Source: Pecten maximus
Lineage: Eukaryota
Length of the DNA: 64,000 nucleotides
Reading direction: 5' to 3'
Assembly: GCF_902652985.1 (NCBI RefSeq)
Contig: NC_047022.1
Span: 43,338,001-43,402,000, forward strand
In this document: piece after piece, positions 38,549 through 52,359 of the stretch
Layout of the letters: each line of letters begins with the position of its first letter
Position numbering within the stretch: position 1 is the stretch's first letter
Translations under genes and position numbers: made by a program
Notes under the pieces: generated by a model
The model's input: the letters and a program-made list of their open reading frames with translations, nothing else
Told to the model about the DNA's origin: nothing
Databases searched by the model: none

Positions 38549-40752
38549 CGATTTCGACGGATAAACACACTGATTTCGACGGATAAACACATTGATTTCG
38601 ACGGATAAACACTCTGATTTCGACGGATAAACACTCTGATTTCGACGGATAAACACTCTGATTTCGACGGATAGACACATTGGTTTCGACGGATAAACAC
38701 ACTGATTTCGACGGATAAACACTCTGATTTCGACGGATAAACACTCTGATTTCGACGGATAAACACTCTGATTTCGACGGATAAACATATTGATTTCGAC
38801 GGATAAACACTCTGATTTCGACGGATAAACACTCTGATTTCGAGGGATAAACACTCTGATTTCGACGGATAAACACATTGATTTCGACGGATAGACACAT
38901 TGGTTTCGACGGATAAACACACTGATTTCGACGGATAAACACATTGATTTCGACGGATAAACACATTGATTTCGACGGATAAACACATTGATTTCGACGG
39001 ATAAACACATTGATTTCGACGGATAAACACTCTGATTTCGAGGGATAAACACTCTGATTTCGACGGATAAACACATTGATTTCGACGGATAGACACATTG
39101 GTTTCGACGGATAAACACATTGATTTCGACGGATAGACACATTGGTTTCGACGGATAAACACTCTGATTTCGACGGATAAACACATTGATTTCGACGGAT
39201 AGACACATTGGTTTCGACGGATAAACACATTGATTTCGACGGATAGACACATTGGTTTCGACGGATAAACACTCTGATTTCGACGGATAGACACATTGGT
39301 TTCGACGGATAAACACTCTGATTTCGACGGATAAACACATTGATTTCGACGGATAGACACATTGGTTTCGACGGATAAACACACTGATTTCGACGGATAG
39401 ACACATTGATTTCGACGGATAAACACATTGATTTCGACGGATAAACACATTGATTTCGACGGATAAACACATTGATTTCGACGGATAAACACTCTGATTT
39501 CGAGGGATAAACACTCTGATTTCGACGGATAAACACATTGATTTCGACGGATAGACACATTGATTTCGACGGATAAACACATTGATTTCGACGGATAGAC
39601 ACATTGGTTTCGACGGATAAACACACTGATTTCGACGGATAAACATATTGATTTGGACGGATAAACACTCTGATTTCGACGGATAAACACTCTGATTTCG
39701 ACGGATAAACATATTGATTTCGACGGATAAACACTCTGATTTCGACGGATAAACACTCTGATTTCGAGGGATAAACACTCAGATTTCGACGGATAAACAC
39801 ATTGATTTCGACGGATAAACACTCTGATTTCGACGGATAAACACTCTGATTTCGACGGATAAACATATTGATTTCGACGGATAAACACTCTGATTTCGAC
39901 GGATAAACACTCTGATTTCGAGGGATAAACACTCTGATTTCGACGGATAAACACACTGATTTCGACGGATAAACACTCTGATTTCGACAGATAAACACTC
40001 TGATTTCGACGGATAAACACACTGATTTCTTCGGATAAACACATTGATTTCGACAGATAAACACTCTGATTTCGACGGATAAACACTTTGATTTCGACGG
40101 ATAAACACATTGATTTCGACGGATAAACACTCTGATTTCGACAGATAAACACTCTGATTTCGACGGATAGACACTCTGATTTCGACGGATAGACACATTG
40201 GTTTCGACGGATAAACACACTGATTTCGACGGATAAACACTGATTTCGTCGGATAAACATATTGATTTCGTCGGATAAACACACTGATTTCGACGGATAA
40301 ACACATTGATTTCGACGGATAAACACTCTGATTTCGACGGATAAACACTGATTTCGTCGGATAAACATATTGATTTCGTCGGATAAACACACTGATTTCG
40401 ACGGATAAACACATTGATTTCGACGGATAAACACTCTGATTTCGACGGATAAACACACTGATTTCGACGGAGAGACACACTGATTTCGACGGATAAACAC
40501 TGATTTCTTCGGATAGACACATTGGTTTCGACGAATAAACACACTTATTTCGACGGATAAAGTAAACACACTGATTTCGACGGATAAACACATTGATTTC
40601 GACGGATAAACACTCTGATTTCGACGGATAAACACTGATTTCGACGGATAAACACTGATTTCGACGGATAAACACTCTGAATTCGACGGATAAACACACT
40701 GATTTCGACAGATAAACACACTGATTTCGACGGATAAACACACTGATTTCGG
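38549..40752. repeat. 22-bp minisatellite, about 100 copies
   Basis: Unit gatttcgacggataaacacWYt. Gives open frames in all three minus frames. Confidence 0.97.
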
Positions 40753-41109
40753 TATATACTTATTTATTGTATGCAGATACTAGTTTTATAAACTAGGGTC
40801 ATCTTGATTTAATTTGAATAGCATCCACAATCCGTGTATCTACGTTCGAAAAAAAGTTCAAATATGACCGGTATGAATCTGCAATGTTGTAATACGGTAT
40901 TAAAATAATGATACGCGACATTACTAATGAAATGATGTCTCGATCACCATGGTAACGGAGTGACCCCTAGCGTCATATAGTGACGTAACAACTGTGTAAT
41001 GCGGTTCTCGTATTAAATTGCGTGTAATCTGTACACTCTCTTTAATTACGTCCGTAATTTCTGAAAGTGGACATAATCTATATATGATAATAGTGTTATC
41101 ACCGTTGTC

Positions 41110-41243
41110 TTGTTTATAATGGCCACCATCCAGAGATAACGTGTGACACCTTCATAATGATACTCATATCAAAGTTATATTGTTTATAATGGTCACCATC
41201 CCGAGATCACGTGTGACACCTTCACAATGATACTCATATCAAG
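41110..41243. repeat. About 70-bp direct duplication
   Basis: ttgtttataatggYcaccatcc...gtgtgacaccttcaYaatgatactcatatcaa occurs twice. Confidence 0.8.
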
Positions 41244-41730
41244 TTGTGATGTTTGACATTTTATAGGATGCCTTCTAATATCAAACATTTATTCCTGTAC
41301 ATGAACAGTAAACTTTTTAATTAATTGTAACTGTATATGAAATAATGTCGGTTTTATATCTACCGTCCATACGTCATATGTCGGGTACTTAGCGGATGAT
41401 AATATCTGGAGCGTATTTGCGTTATAAGTTTGAATCCAAGTTATCTTTAACGCCTGGACTGATGATCAGACAACCGACCAACCCCCACCCACCCACTCAC
41501 GAGAACAACACTGGACGTATTCTGAAACAGTCGGAAAAGTTTCAGAATTTTGTGTGCAATCACTGTGTTTTGGGCCCCATTTGACCTTATTAAGACGTGA
41601 GGTTGCACATGTAGAACAAACGTGCTACTTCCTTGTATGGCATCTTCAGACTGAATAAGTAAAAAAATATATGTAAAGTTGAAATTAAACTGGAGAGAAA
41701 AAAAAACAAGCAAAATAACAAAAACAAAAA

Positions 41731-44700
41731 CTTTAGGTCCTGTAACCCTCTCTAGTTTAGGTCCTGTAACCCTCGCTAGTTAAGGTCCTGTAACCCTCTC
41801 TAGTTAAGGTCCTGTAACCCTCTCTAGTTAAGGTCCTGTAACCCTCTCTAGTTAAGGTCCTGTAACCCTCGCTAGTTAAGGTCCTGTAACCCTCTCTAGT
41901 TAAGGTCCTGTAACCCTCTCTAGTTAAGGTCCTGTAACCCTCTCTAGTTAGGTCCTGTAACCCTCTCTAGTTAAGGTCCTGTAACCCTCTCTAGTTTAGG
42001 TCCTGTAACCCTTGCTAGTTAAGGTCCTGTAACCCTCTCTAGTTAAGGTCATGTAACCCTCTCTAGTTAAGGTCCTGTAACCCTCGCTAGTTAAGGTCCT
42101 GTAACCCTCTCTAGTTAAGGTCCTGTAACCCTCTCTAGTTAAGGTCCTGTAACCCTCGCTAGTTAAGGTCCTGTAATCCTCGCTAGTTAAGGTCCTGTAA
42201 CCCTCTCTAGTTAAGGTACTGTAACCCTCGCCTGTTAAGGTCTTGTAACCCTCTCTAGTTTAGGTCCTATAACCCTCTCTTGTTTAGGTCCTATAACCCT
42301 CGCTAGTTTAGGTCCTGTAACCCTCGCTAGTTTAGGTCCTGTAACCCTCGCTAGGTAAGGTCCTGTAACCCCCGCTAGTTTAGGTCCTATAACCCTCTCT
42401 AGTTAAGGTCCTGTAACACTCGCTAGTTTAGGTCCTATAACCCTCTCTAGTTAAAGTTATGTAACCCTCCCTAGTTAAGGTCCTGTAACCCTCTCTAGTT
42501 AAGGTACTATAACCCTCGCTAGTTAAGGTCCTGTGACCCTCGCTAGTTTAGGTCCTGTAACCCTATCTAGTTAAGGTACTATAACCCTCGCTAGTTAAGG
42601 TCCTGTAACCCTCGCTAGTTTAGGACCTGTAACCCTTGGTAGTTAAGGTCCTGTAACCCCTCTCTAGTTAAGGTCCTGTAGCCCTCGGTAGTTAAGGTCC
42701 TTTAACCCTCTCTAGTTAAGGTCCTGTTACCCTCGCTAGTTAAGGTTCTGTAACCCTCGCTAGTTTAGGTCATGTAACCCTCGCTAGTTAAGGTCCTGTA
42801 ACACTCTCTAGTTAAAGTTCTGTAACCCTCGCTAGTTAAGGTCCTGTAACCCTCGCTAGTTAAGGTCCTGTAGCCCTCGGTAGTTAAGGTCCTTTAAGCC
42901 TCGCTAGTTAAGGTCCTGTAACCCTCGCTAGTTTAGGTCCTGTAACCCTCTCTAGTTAGGGTCCTTTAACTCTCTCTAGTTAAGGTCCTGTAACCCCTCG
43001 CTAGTTAAGGTCCTGTAAGCCTCGCTAGTTAAGGTCCTGTAACCCTCTCTAGTTAGGGTCCTTTAACTCTCTCTAGTTAAGGTCCTGTAACCCCTCGCTA
43101 GTTAAGGTCCTGTAAGCCTCGCTAGTTAAGATCCTGTAACCCTCTCTAGTTTAAGTCCTGTAACCCTCTCTAGTTAGGGTCCTTTAACTCTCTCTAGTTA
43201 AGGTCCTGTAACCCCTCGCTAGTTAAGGTCCTGTAAGCCTCGCTAGTTAAGATCCTGTAACCCTCTCTAGTTTAGGTCCTGTAACCCTCTCTAGTTAGGG
43301 TCCTTTAACTCTCTCTAGTTAAGGTCCTGTAACCCCTCGCTAGTTAAGGTCCTGTAAGCCTCGCTAGTTAAGGTCCTGTAACCCTCTCTAGTTTAGGTCC
43401 TGTAACCCTCTCTAGTTAGGGTCCTTTAACCTTCTCTAGTTAAGGTCCTGTTACCCTCGCTAGTTAAGGTCCTGTAACCCTCGCTAGTTAAGGTCCTGTA
43501 ACCCTCTCTAGTTTAGGTCCTGTAACCCTCTCTAGTTTAGGTCCTGTAACCCTCTCTAGTTTAGGTCCTGTAACCCTCTCTAGTTAGGGTCCTTTAACCT
43601 TCTCTAGTTAGGGTCCTTTAACCCTCTCTAGTTAAGGTCCTGTAACCCTCTCTAGTTAAGATCCTGTAACCTTCGCTAGTTAAGGTCCTGTAACCCTCGC
43701 TAGTTTAGGTCCTGTAACCCTCGCTAGTTAAGGTCCTGTAACCCTCTCTAGTTATAGTCCTGTAACCCTCGCTAGTTAAGGTCCTGTAACCCTCGCTAGT
43801 TAGGTCCTGTTAACCTTCTCTAGTTAGGGTCCTTTAACCTTCTCTAGTTAGGGTCCTTTAACCCTCTCTAGTTAAGGTCCTTTAACCCCTCGCTAGTTAA
43901 GGTTCTGTTATCCTCTCTAGTTAAGGTCCTGTAACCCTCTCTAGTTAAGGTCCTGTAACCCTCTCTAGTTTAGGTCCTGTAACCCTCTCTAGTTAAGGTC
44001 CTGTAACCCTCTCTAGTTTAGGTCCTGTAACCCTCTCTAGTTAAGGTCCTGTAACCCTCTCTAATTAAGGTCCTGTAACCTTCTCTAGTTAGGGTCCTTT
44101 AACCTTCTCTAGTTAAGGTCCTGTAACCCTCTCTAGTTAAGGTCCTGTAACCCTCTCTAGTTAGGGTCCTTTAACCTTCTCTAGTTAGGGTCCTTTAACC
44201 CTCTCTAGTTAAGGTCCTGTAACCCTCTCTAGTTAGGGTCATTTAACCTTCTCTAGTTAGGGTCCTTTAACCCTCTCTAGTTAAGGTCCTGTAACCCTCT
44301 CTAGTTAAGGTCCTGTAACCCTCTCTAGTTAGGGTCCTGTAACCCTCGCTAGTTAAGGTCCTGTAACCCTCTCTAGTTAGGGTCCTTTAACCTTCTCTAG
44401 TTAGGGTCCTTTAACCCTCTAGAGTTAAGGTCCTGTAACCCTCTCTAGTTAAGGTCCTGTAACCCTCTCTAGTTAGGGTCCTTTAACCTTCTCTAGTTAG
44501 GGTCCTTTAACCCTCTAGAGTTAAGGTCCTGTAACCCTCTCTAGTTAGGGTCCTTTAACCTTCTCTAGTTAGGGTCCTTTAACCCTCTCTAGTTAAGGTC
44601 CTTTAACCCCTCGCTAGTTAAGGTCCTGTAACCCTCTCTAGTTAGGGTCCTTTAACCCTCTATAGTTTAGGTCCTGTAACCCTCGCTAGTTAAGGTCCTA

Positions 44701-45125
44701 TAACCCTCGCTAGTTAAGGTCCTGTAACCCTCTCTAGTTTAGGTCCTGTAACCCTCTCTAGTTTAGGTCCTGTAAGCCTCTCTAGTTAAGGTCCTGTAAC
44801 CCTCTCTAGTTAAGGTCCTGTAACCCTCTCTAGTTTAGGTCCTGTAACCTTCTCTAGTTAGGGTCCTTTAACCCTCTCTAGTTAGGGTCCTGTAAGCCTC
44901 TCTAGTTAAGGTCCTGTAACCCTCGTTAGTTAAGGTCCTGTAACCCTCTCTAGTTTAGGTCCTGTAACCCTCTCTAGTTAGGGTCCTTTAACCCTCTCTA
45001 GTTAAGGTCCTGTAACCCTCTCTAGTTAATGTCCTGTAACCCTCTCTAGTTAAGGTCCTGTAACCCTCTCTAGTTAGGGTCCTGTAACCCTCGCTAGTTA
45101 AGGTCCTGTAACCCTTTCTAGTTAA
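41731..45125. repeat. 24-bp minisatellite, about 140 copies
   Basis: Unit ttaaggtcctgtaaccctctctag; some variants carry ttaggg. Confidence 0.97.
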
Positions 45126-45463
45126 AATAGCACCTTAGTCACTCCTCTTTACAGCGCTGTTATGATCATGAGCCTGATTGATCACAATTGCAGGAGACGC
45201 CTTTCTTTTTGTATACCGTGACATTGCTATTGTTGAACTCTGAGGAAGCGTTTGGACCGTTACCCACGTAAAGAACACATTGACAGATGATAATGTGACA
45301 TTGTTATATTGTGCGAAGAACACTTTAGAAATGTCGACGTTTCTGTATAATAACTCTCCTTTTCAGTCTGTTTATGCTGAATGGCCTTGTGATACTCTGG
45401 TATTCCTTTAATCAAGGAGGAGATGACACTTAGTTATGATGATCTACAAACGGAATAATATCT

Positions 45464-45510
45464 ATTTGTTTGTCTCCTGGGTTTATCGTCCCATGAACAG
45501 CCAGGGTCAG
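45464..45510 (-). mobile_element. SINE 3'-end fragment
   Basis: Minus strand tgaccctggctgttcatgggacgataaacc...acaaacaaa resembles a mollusc SINE tail (from recall, not searched). Confidence 0.35.
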
Positions 45511-45951
45511 AGTATACTTTTGTCTGGCATTAAATCCGCAAGACAAGATTTAAAACCTGCAAATATTTAGCATATTGAATCAGATAAAATATACCCACAC
45601 TAATAAACGTGACACTTAATTATCGGTATATTGCTACATTATCTATAAACGATTGATGTTGTCACACTCACCAATTTTTCTAGCATGCAAGATTTATTAG
45701 AACATACATTTGTTAATGGTTTAATGACAAAATACAGAAACATCTTTTCATGAAACAAGGACGAACAAACGGCGATTGATATACAATGTAATACAATCAA
45801 CTTCAGCAACAGCCTAGATGATAAAATTGAAGTAAAATTATTTTTGTCTACATGACTTTCACTTGAGTGCCGCATTTGAATACGGTGTTCAAAATGGAGG
45901 TCAAAGCAACAACATTTTCCGGCGGCTCCTTATCTATCAAATTGTCCAACC

Positions 45952-46737
45952 TTATGCACATATTTTCTTCAAATTGGTAGACGAATCCGCAGGGCTACAC
46001 GCATGGTGAGAGTTACTACCAAACGATTTACAAAGAGAGCTACACTTATGGTTATCAAAGAATCTTCTGATTCCGTCAGAACCTTCATCGCGCGACCCAT
46101 ATCTATTGTCAATGGAATGAACAATAGGGACTGAGAGAGTTAGTGAGTTACCTCCCCTTACGCCCTTCAGGTTACACATGACGAGGCCATTGTTACTTTT
46201 AAAATAGGAAAAGTGACAAAGAGCCTCAAGTAAAGGGAAGGCATTATCGCTGGTTCCTGTTTTGTCGACGAACGTTTCGAATTTTCCTTCCAATCTCTCC
46301 TCTATGAATATCACTTCTCCCTTCCGTAATCGTCTTGGATTTCTTGAAAGCACTCGAAAAAATGTATTCCACCCAGAAATAGATTCCATTGTGGTCGCCA
46401 ATGGCCTTGTGAAATGTATGCGAAACCCAGACTTATCGATACTGTCTTTAACGGCGGAAATTTTCATAAAATCGTCCAACAATTCTCCAGCTTTTCGTGA
46501 TAACATTATTTCATGTGGCAACGTGTCTGAAGAGCACGGACGTATGTTGGTCTGGATGACTTCTCGTGGAACCTTGATAACGGCCTTTTTTCTGCTGAAC
46601 CAGTCACCAGGTACACACATTACACTTTTATATATGATCATGTGTAATCCAACAAAAAACGGATAAAATTCAAAATTCGCAAACCATGCAACGCCGTCTT
46701 TGTCTTTTGTAACAGATGTATATGTCTCGTTTCCCAT
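45952..46737 (-). CDS. Stand-alone alpha-kinase domain protein (eEF2K/MHCK/vwkA family), probably catalytically inactive
   Basis: Motifs AVIK, IEERLEGKF, EALCHFSY, LVMCNLKG (canonical LVxDLQG), LSVPIVHS (canonical LTDPxIHS), YGSRDEGSDGIRRFF and the Zn site HKCSSLC. Acceptor at 46759-46760; upstream UTR-exon donor GTAAGT at 46985. Confidence 0.9.
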   Translation of the reverse strand: MGNETYTSVTKDKDGVAWFANFEFYPFFVGLHMIIYKSVMCVPGDWFSRKKAVIKVPREVIQTNIRPCSSDTLPHEIMLSRKAGELLDDFMKISAVKDSIDKSGFRIHFTRPLATTMESISGWNTFFRVLSRNPRRLRKGEVIFIEERLEGKFETFVDKTGTSDNAFPLLEALCHFSYFKSNNGLVMCNLKGVRGGNSLTLSVPIVHSIDNRYGSRDEGSDGIRRFFDNHKCSSLCKSFGSNSHHACSPADSSTNLKKICA

Positions 46738-47329
46738 ATCTTCTATTGTTTTCTGAACCTGAAGGTATAGACTTGAACAATTAAAGACCTATCACAAGAA
46801 ATGTACGATATCCTAATCAGGTGTCCCAGTATGTACATCACCCACAATGTTTTGGGTTTTTTTTAACGAAAACATATTACATCAAAGCAGTCAAAAACTA
46901 CCATCAGTGTAAGATAGTTTAAAGGAATGCTGAGCAAATACATGTCTAGGTTCATAGATAATACCGCCTGTTGTATAATACTTACTTCAACCGTTTCACA
47001 CCGAACTGCGTCATTCAAAGTATATATGTTTGTTTATGTACATGACCGTTAATACCTGTCTATAGTTTATTTGTTTTATTGGCTTGACTCGAAATAGGAT
47101 ACGGTTTTGTTAATGATGATGTCAGATAGAAAGTACAGCATTACAAAAAAAAGTACTGATAGGAAGAGTCCACGTATCCTTTATCAAGCCGACTATCTAT
47201 ATATTAGCTACCTAATGGGATTTCTAATTTGATATATGTCAGTCTAGAAATAAGGCGTATGTAAGTCTGTATCTATAACAAAATCATATCGCAATGACAT
47301 CATCTTTCAGTACATCTTTATATAGGAAA

Positions 47330-47546
47330 AGTTCGAAGGCCAACTTACTAGCAGCCTTCACCCGTTGCCGGGCTCTTCCGGTAAGGTTTATTTCCCCGTT
47401 AATCATCGTCATATATAAAACATAGTAACATAAATGCAAAGGAAGACAGTTTATGACTCGTGCCCTGACCGGGCCTCGGACTCACGATCTATGGCACCCA
47501 ATCGCCTAGTCAGAAATACCATAGCTTATACCACTGCGCTACATCA
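47330..47546 (-). mobile_element. tRNA-derived SINE copy
   Basis: Minus strand has A box TAGCGCAGTGG (about 47541) and B-box-like GAGTCCGAGGCCC (about 47483). No tRNA cloverleaf; 3' boundary approximate. Confidence 0.55.
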
Positions 47547-48197
47547 ACGTTCTTAAAAAAGAACGTTTCAATAGTGCAGTGATGGTAAGCCCGATATCAA
47601 GGTCACCAACCTGGAATAAAACAAAATTTCAAATGTAAGATAAAGAGCATGAATGTCTTGTTTAAGATACATAATGAAGACAATGATAATTTTTTAATGG
47701 TCATTATGATATCATTTGGTAATATACTACTTCGTTATGCGATGTGTATGACTTATTTGATGTTTATTGATATGCCTAGTGACAACGTTCACCACCATAG
47801 TTCTCATTTTGAGAATTTTAAGTAACCTGGGTTTGACCTAGATTTGTATGGTGGGTGTCTTCGTTACCTAGATCTGTTTGCACCTGTTCAAGTGTCCTCA
47901 TGCAAATCTGTACTTCTTTTGTTCGTAATGAAAATATATATCCCCCAAATACTATGTTTAGTTTCCGAATTCTATCAAACAACTAACGGAATCATTAAAA
48001 AGTCTATGTAATTTTCTTCATTACATTGTGCAAATATTTCGGTCTCCGTGTTAACTAGTTATACCTATTGTATTCATGAAGGTACGATAGTCTTGAATAT
48101 AGAGGAGTATCTTTTCATGACCTCTATTTGAGTTCTTGGAAGCATGGGAGTTTCCCATGAAATTAGTCATGAAATATCAGCAACATTATGTTCTTAC

Positions 48198-48986
48198 ATT
48201 GAGAACCAGGATAACGACCACAACGATACCAACAGGTACACCAATGAGAACAAAGGTAACGACCACGATACCAACAGGTACACCAATGAGAACAAAGGTA
48301 ACGACCACGATACCAACAGGTACACCAATGACAACCAGGGTAACGACCACGATACCAACAGGTACACCAATGAGAACCAAGGTAACGACCACGATACCAA
48401 CAGGTACACCAATGAGAACAAAGGTAACGACCACGATACCAACAGGTACACCAATGAGAACCAGGATAACGACCACGATACCAACAGGTACACCAATGAG
48501 AACCAGGATAACGACCACGATACCAACAGGTACACCAATGAGAACCAGGATAACGACCACGATACCAACAGGTACACCAATGGCAACCAGGATAACAACC
48601 ACGATACCAACAGGTACACCAATGGCAACCAGGATAACAACCACGATACCAACAGGTACACCAATGAGAACCAGGGTACACCAATGAGAACCAGGATAAC
48701 GACCACGATACCAACAGGTACACCAATGAGAACCAGGATAACGACCACGATACCAACAGGTACACCAATGAGAACCAGGGTAACGACCACGATACCAACA
48801 GGTACACCAATGAGAACCAGGATAACGACCACGATACCAACAGGTACACCAATGAGAACCAGGGTAACGACCACGATACCAACAGGTACACCAATGAGAA
48901 CCAGGGTAACGACCACGATACCAACAGGTACACCAATGAGAACCAGGATAACGACCACGATACCAACAGGTACACCAATGGCAACT
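48198..48986. repeat. 42-bp minisatellite, about 18 copies
   Basis: Unit gagaaccaggataacgaccacgataccaacaggtacaccaat; open in five of six frames. Confidence 0.95.
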
Positions 48987-49415
48987 GACACAATGTTTTC
49001 TTCTTTAGAGTTTAAAAACGCAGACAAATCACAAATTGTAAGTGGTTAATCGACAACAAAAGCTTGAACGTGATTGGTCTGGTTTGCTTCACTGTTACCA
49101 GACTCAAAACAATTATTTTTGCCTTTTTCTGTTGGTTACTGTTAAAAGGATACATCTGGGACAGATATATTACCTCTTTGTAAGGTCATCCATATTTAAA
49201 TTAACATTTCTAAACTTGTTTTCAAGGCCACGTGTAATTGAGTTGAAACTAGAAACGTAGGACAAAAGATAATTCAACATCGTGGATATTTTGAAAATTT
49301 ATTTAATACATTTAATGCATGTAACAATAAATAATCAAAAGCAATAATACATTACCCCAGATCAATAAAACAAAATAAGGTGTAGTTGGTAAAGACAACA
49401 TTTATAATAGATATG

Positions 49416-52212
49416 ATAACAAGCTGTATTAGTTAAGTGGAGCCTATTTCTCTAGCAATACAACTAATCTACAATAAATCATGCATTCTATAAAAGTTAA
49501 AAATGATCCAGACATATTTATTCATATATGTTCATTGTAAAAATATTGCTGGATTATGAACTTGGAAAAAACTGATTATCTAATTGGATGATAAATAGCT
49601 GGGTTTTCTATCGGGAACAAAGGAGGCTGAATTATCTCATGGGATGCATGGAAGTGGTTGGATTTACCCCCGGGTAGAGGTCCCAATTCTGTGTGATACA
49701 ATCTTCTTCATTTTAGATTAAGGTTTTCAAATGCAAAGAAATGTATTGTCTTGCATCAGATCTAGGAATAGCTGAGTTAGTCTTTAAGCCAAGGTTGGTG
49801 TACAATACTACTGAAAATATATATCTTACTTTGCCTAAGTACATGATGGAAGTATTTCTATCATATAATAATCCATGTTCATAATCTATCGGTAATGTTA
49901 AATCATGCTATTTAATTCACTGTTTGAGAATATCATAACGTCTCTTTGTCTTTGTTATTTAATGCTATAAACTACTGGAAATGAAGGTGGCTGGATTATC
50001 TACTGGGAAACAAGATGGCTGGATTTTTTTCTTAGCAGAAAGATGAAGGTGCCTATCTGATGCAATGAAAATAGCTGAGTTATCTGTGGAAATGATGGTA
50101 GCTGAGTTATCTGTGGGAATGATGGTGGCTGGGTTATCTGTGGGAATGATGGTCGCTGGATTATCTGTGGGAATGATGGTGGCTGGATTATCTGTGGCAA
50201 TGATGGTGGCTGGGTTATCTGTGGGAATGATGGTGGCTGGGTTATCTGTGGGAATGATGGTGGCTGGGTTATCTGTGGGAATGAAAATAGCTGGGTTATC
50301 TGTGGGAATGAAAATAGCTGGGTTATCTGTGGGAACGATGGTGGCTGGGTTATCTGTGGGAATGATGGTGGCTGGGTTATCTGAGGGAATGATGGTGGCT
50401 GGGTTATCTGTGGGAATGATGGTGGCTGGGTTATCTGTGGGAATGATGGTGGCTGGGTTATCTGTGGGAATGATGGTGGCTGGGTTATCTGTGGGAATGA
50501 TGGTGGCTGGGTTATCTGTGGGAACGATGGTGGCTGGGTTATCTGTGGGAATGATGGTGGCTGGGTTATCTGTGGGAACGATGGTGGCTGGGTTATCTGT
50601 GGGAACGATGGTGGCTGGGTTATCTGTGGGAATGATGGTGGCTGGGTTATCTGTATAACAAGCTGTATTAGTTAAGTGGAGCCTATTTCTCTAGCAATAC
50701 AACTAATCTACAATAAATCATGCATTCTATAAAAGTTAAAAATGATCCAGACATATTTATTCATATATGTTCATTGTAAAAATATTGCTGGATTATGAAC
50801 TTGGAAAAAACTGATTATCTAATTGGATGATAAATAGCTGGGTTTTCTATCGGGAACAAAGGAGGCTGAATTATCTCATGGGATGCATGGAAGTGGTTGG
50901 ATTTACCCCCGGGTAGAGGTCCCAATTCTGTGTGATACAATTTTCTTCATTTTAGATTAAGGTTTTCAAATGTAAAGAATCTATTTTCTTGCGTCAGGTC
51001 TAGGAATAGCTGAGTTAGTCTTTAAGCCAAGGTTGGTGTACAATACTCCTGAAAATATATATCTTACTTTGCCTAAGTACAAGATGGATGTACTTTATAG
51101 ATTATATCATATAATAATCCATGTTCATAATCTATCGGTAATGTTAATTCATGCTATTTAATTCAGTTTGAGAATATCATAACGTCTCTTTGTTTTTGTT
51201 ATTTAATGCTATAAACCTCTGAAAATGAAGGTGACTGAATTATCTAATGGGAAACAAGATGGCTGGATAATTTTCTTAGAAGAAAGATGAAGGTGGCTAT
51301 CTGAGGCAATGAAAATAGCTGGGTTATCTGTGGGAATGATGGTGGCTGGGTTATCTGTGGGAATGATGGTGGCTGGGTTATCTGTGGGAATGATGGTCGC
51401 TGGATTATCTGTGGGAATGATGGTGGCTGGATTATCTGTGGCAATGATGGTGGCTGGGTTATCTGTGGGAATGATGGTGGCTGGGTTATCTGTGGGAATG
51501 ATGGTGGCTGGGTTATCTGTGGGAATGAAAATAGCTGGGTTATCTGTGGGAATGAAAATAGCTGGGTTATCTGTGGGAACGATGGTGGCTGGGTTATCTG
51601 TGGGAATGATGGTGGCTGGGTTATCTGAGGGAATGATGGTGGCTGGGTTATCTGTGGGAATGATGGTGGCTGGGTTATCTGTGGGAATGATGGTGGCTGG
51701 GTTATCTGTGGGAATGATGGTGGCTGGGTTATCTGTGGGAATGATGGTGGCTGGGTTATCTGTGGGAACGATGGTGGCTGGGTTATCTGTGGGAATGATG
51801 GTGGCTGGGTTATCTGTGGGAACGATGGTGGCTGGGTTATCTGTGGGAACGATGGTGGCTGGGTTATCTGTGGGAATGATGGTGGCTGGGTTATCTGTGG
51901 GAATGATGGTGGCTGGGTTATCTGTGGGAATGATGGTGGCTGGGTTATCTGTGGGAATGATGGTGGCTGGGTTATCTGTGGGAATGATGGTGGCTGGGTT
52001 ATCTGTGGGAATGATGGTGGCTGGGTTATCTGTGGGAACGATGGTGGCTGGGTTATCTGTGGGAATGATGGTGGCTGGGTTATCTGTGGGAACGATGGTG
52101 GCTGGGTTATCTGTGGGAATGATGGTGGCTGGGTTATCTGTGGGAATGATGGTGGCTGGGTTATCTGTGGGAATGATGGTGGCTGGGTTATCTGTGGGAA
52201 TGATGGTGGCTG
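49416..52212. repeat. Tandem segmental duplication (49416-50655 and 50656-52212), each copy ending in a 27-bp minisatellite
   Basis: ataacaagctgtattagttaagtgg starts both copies. The 27-bp unit gggaatgatggtggctgggttatctgt fills 50060-50655 and 51308-52212. Confidence 0.92.
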
Positions 52213-52359
52213 GTAGTGAAGGTGCATGATGAATTGTCTAAGATCTACTAAAAATAAATTGTGTATATACATATATTCAAGACATGTACATGATGTATTG
52301 CTAAATCTAACTAAAAATAAATTCTAAACATTAAAGAATTCTACTAAAATAAGCTCATT

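Noticed and set aside
38499-40743. 681- and 742-aa Cys-rich ORFs
   Set aside because: A 22-bp stop-free repeat read in all three minus frames.
47455-47546. Possible tRNA gene
   Set aside because: A and B boxes are present, but there is no acceptor stem or cloverleaf, so it is treated as a SINE head.
48136-49049. Asn/Asp-rich or mucin-like ORFs resembling shell-matrix proteins
   Set aside because: Open in five frames, with an internal frameshift, no signal peptide and no splice support.
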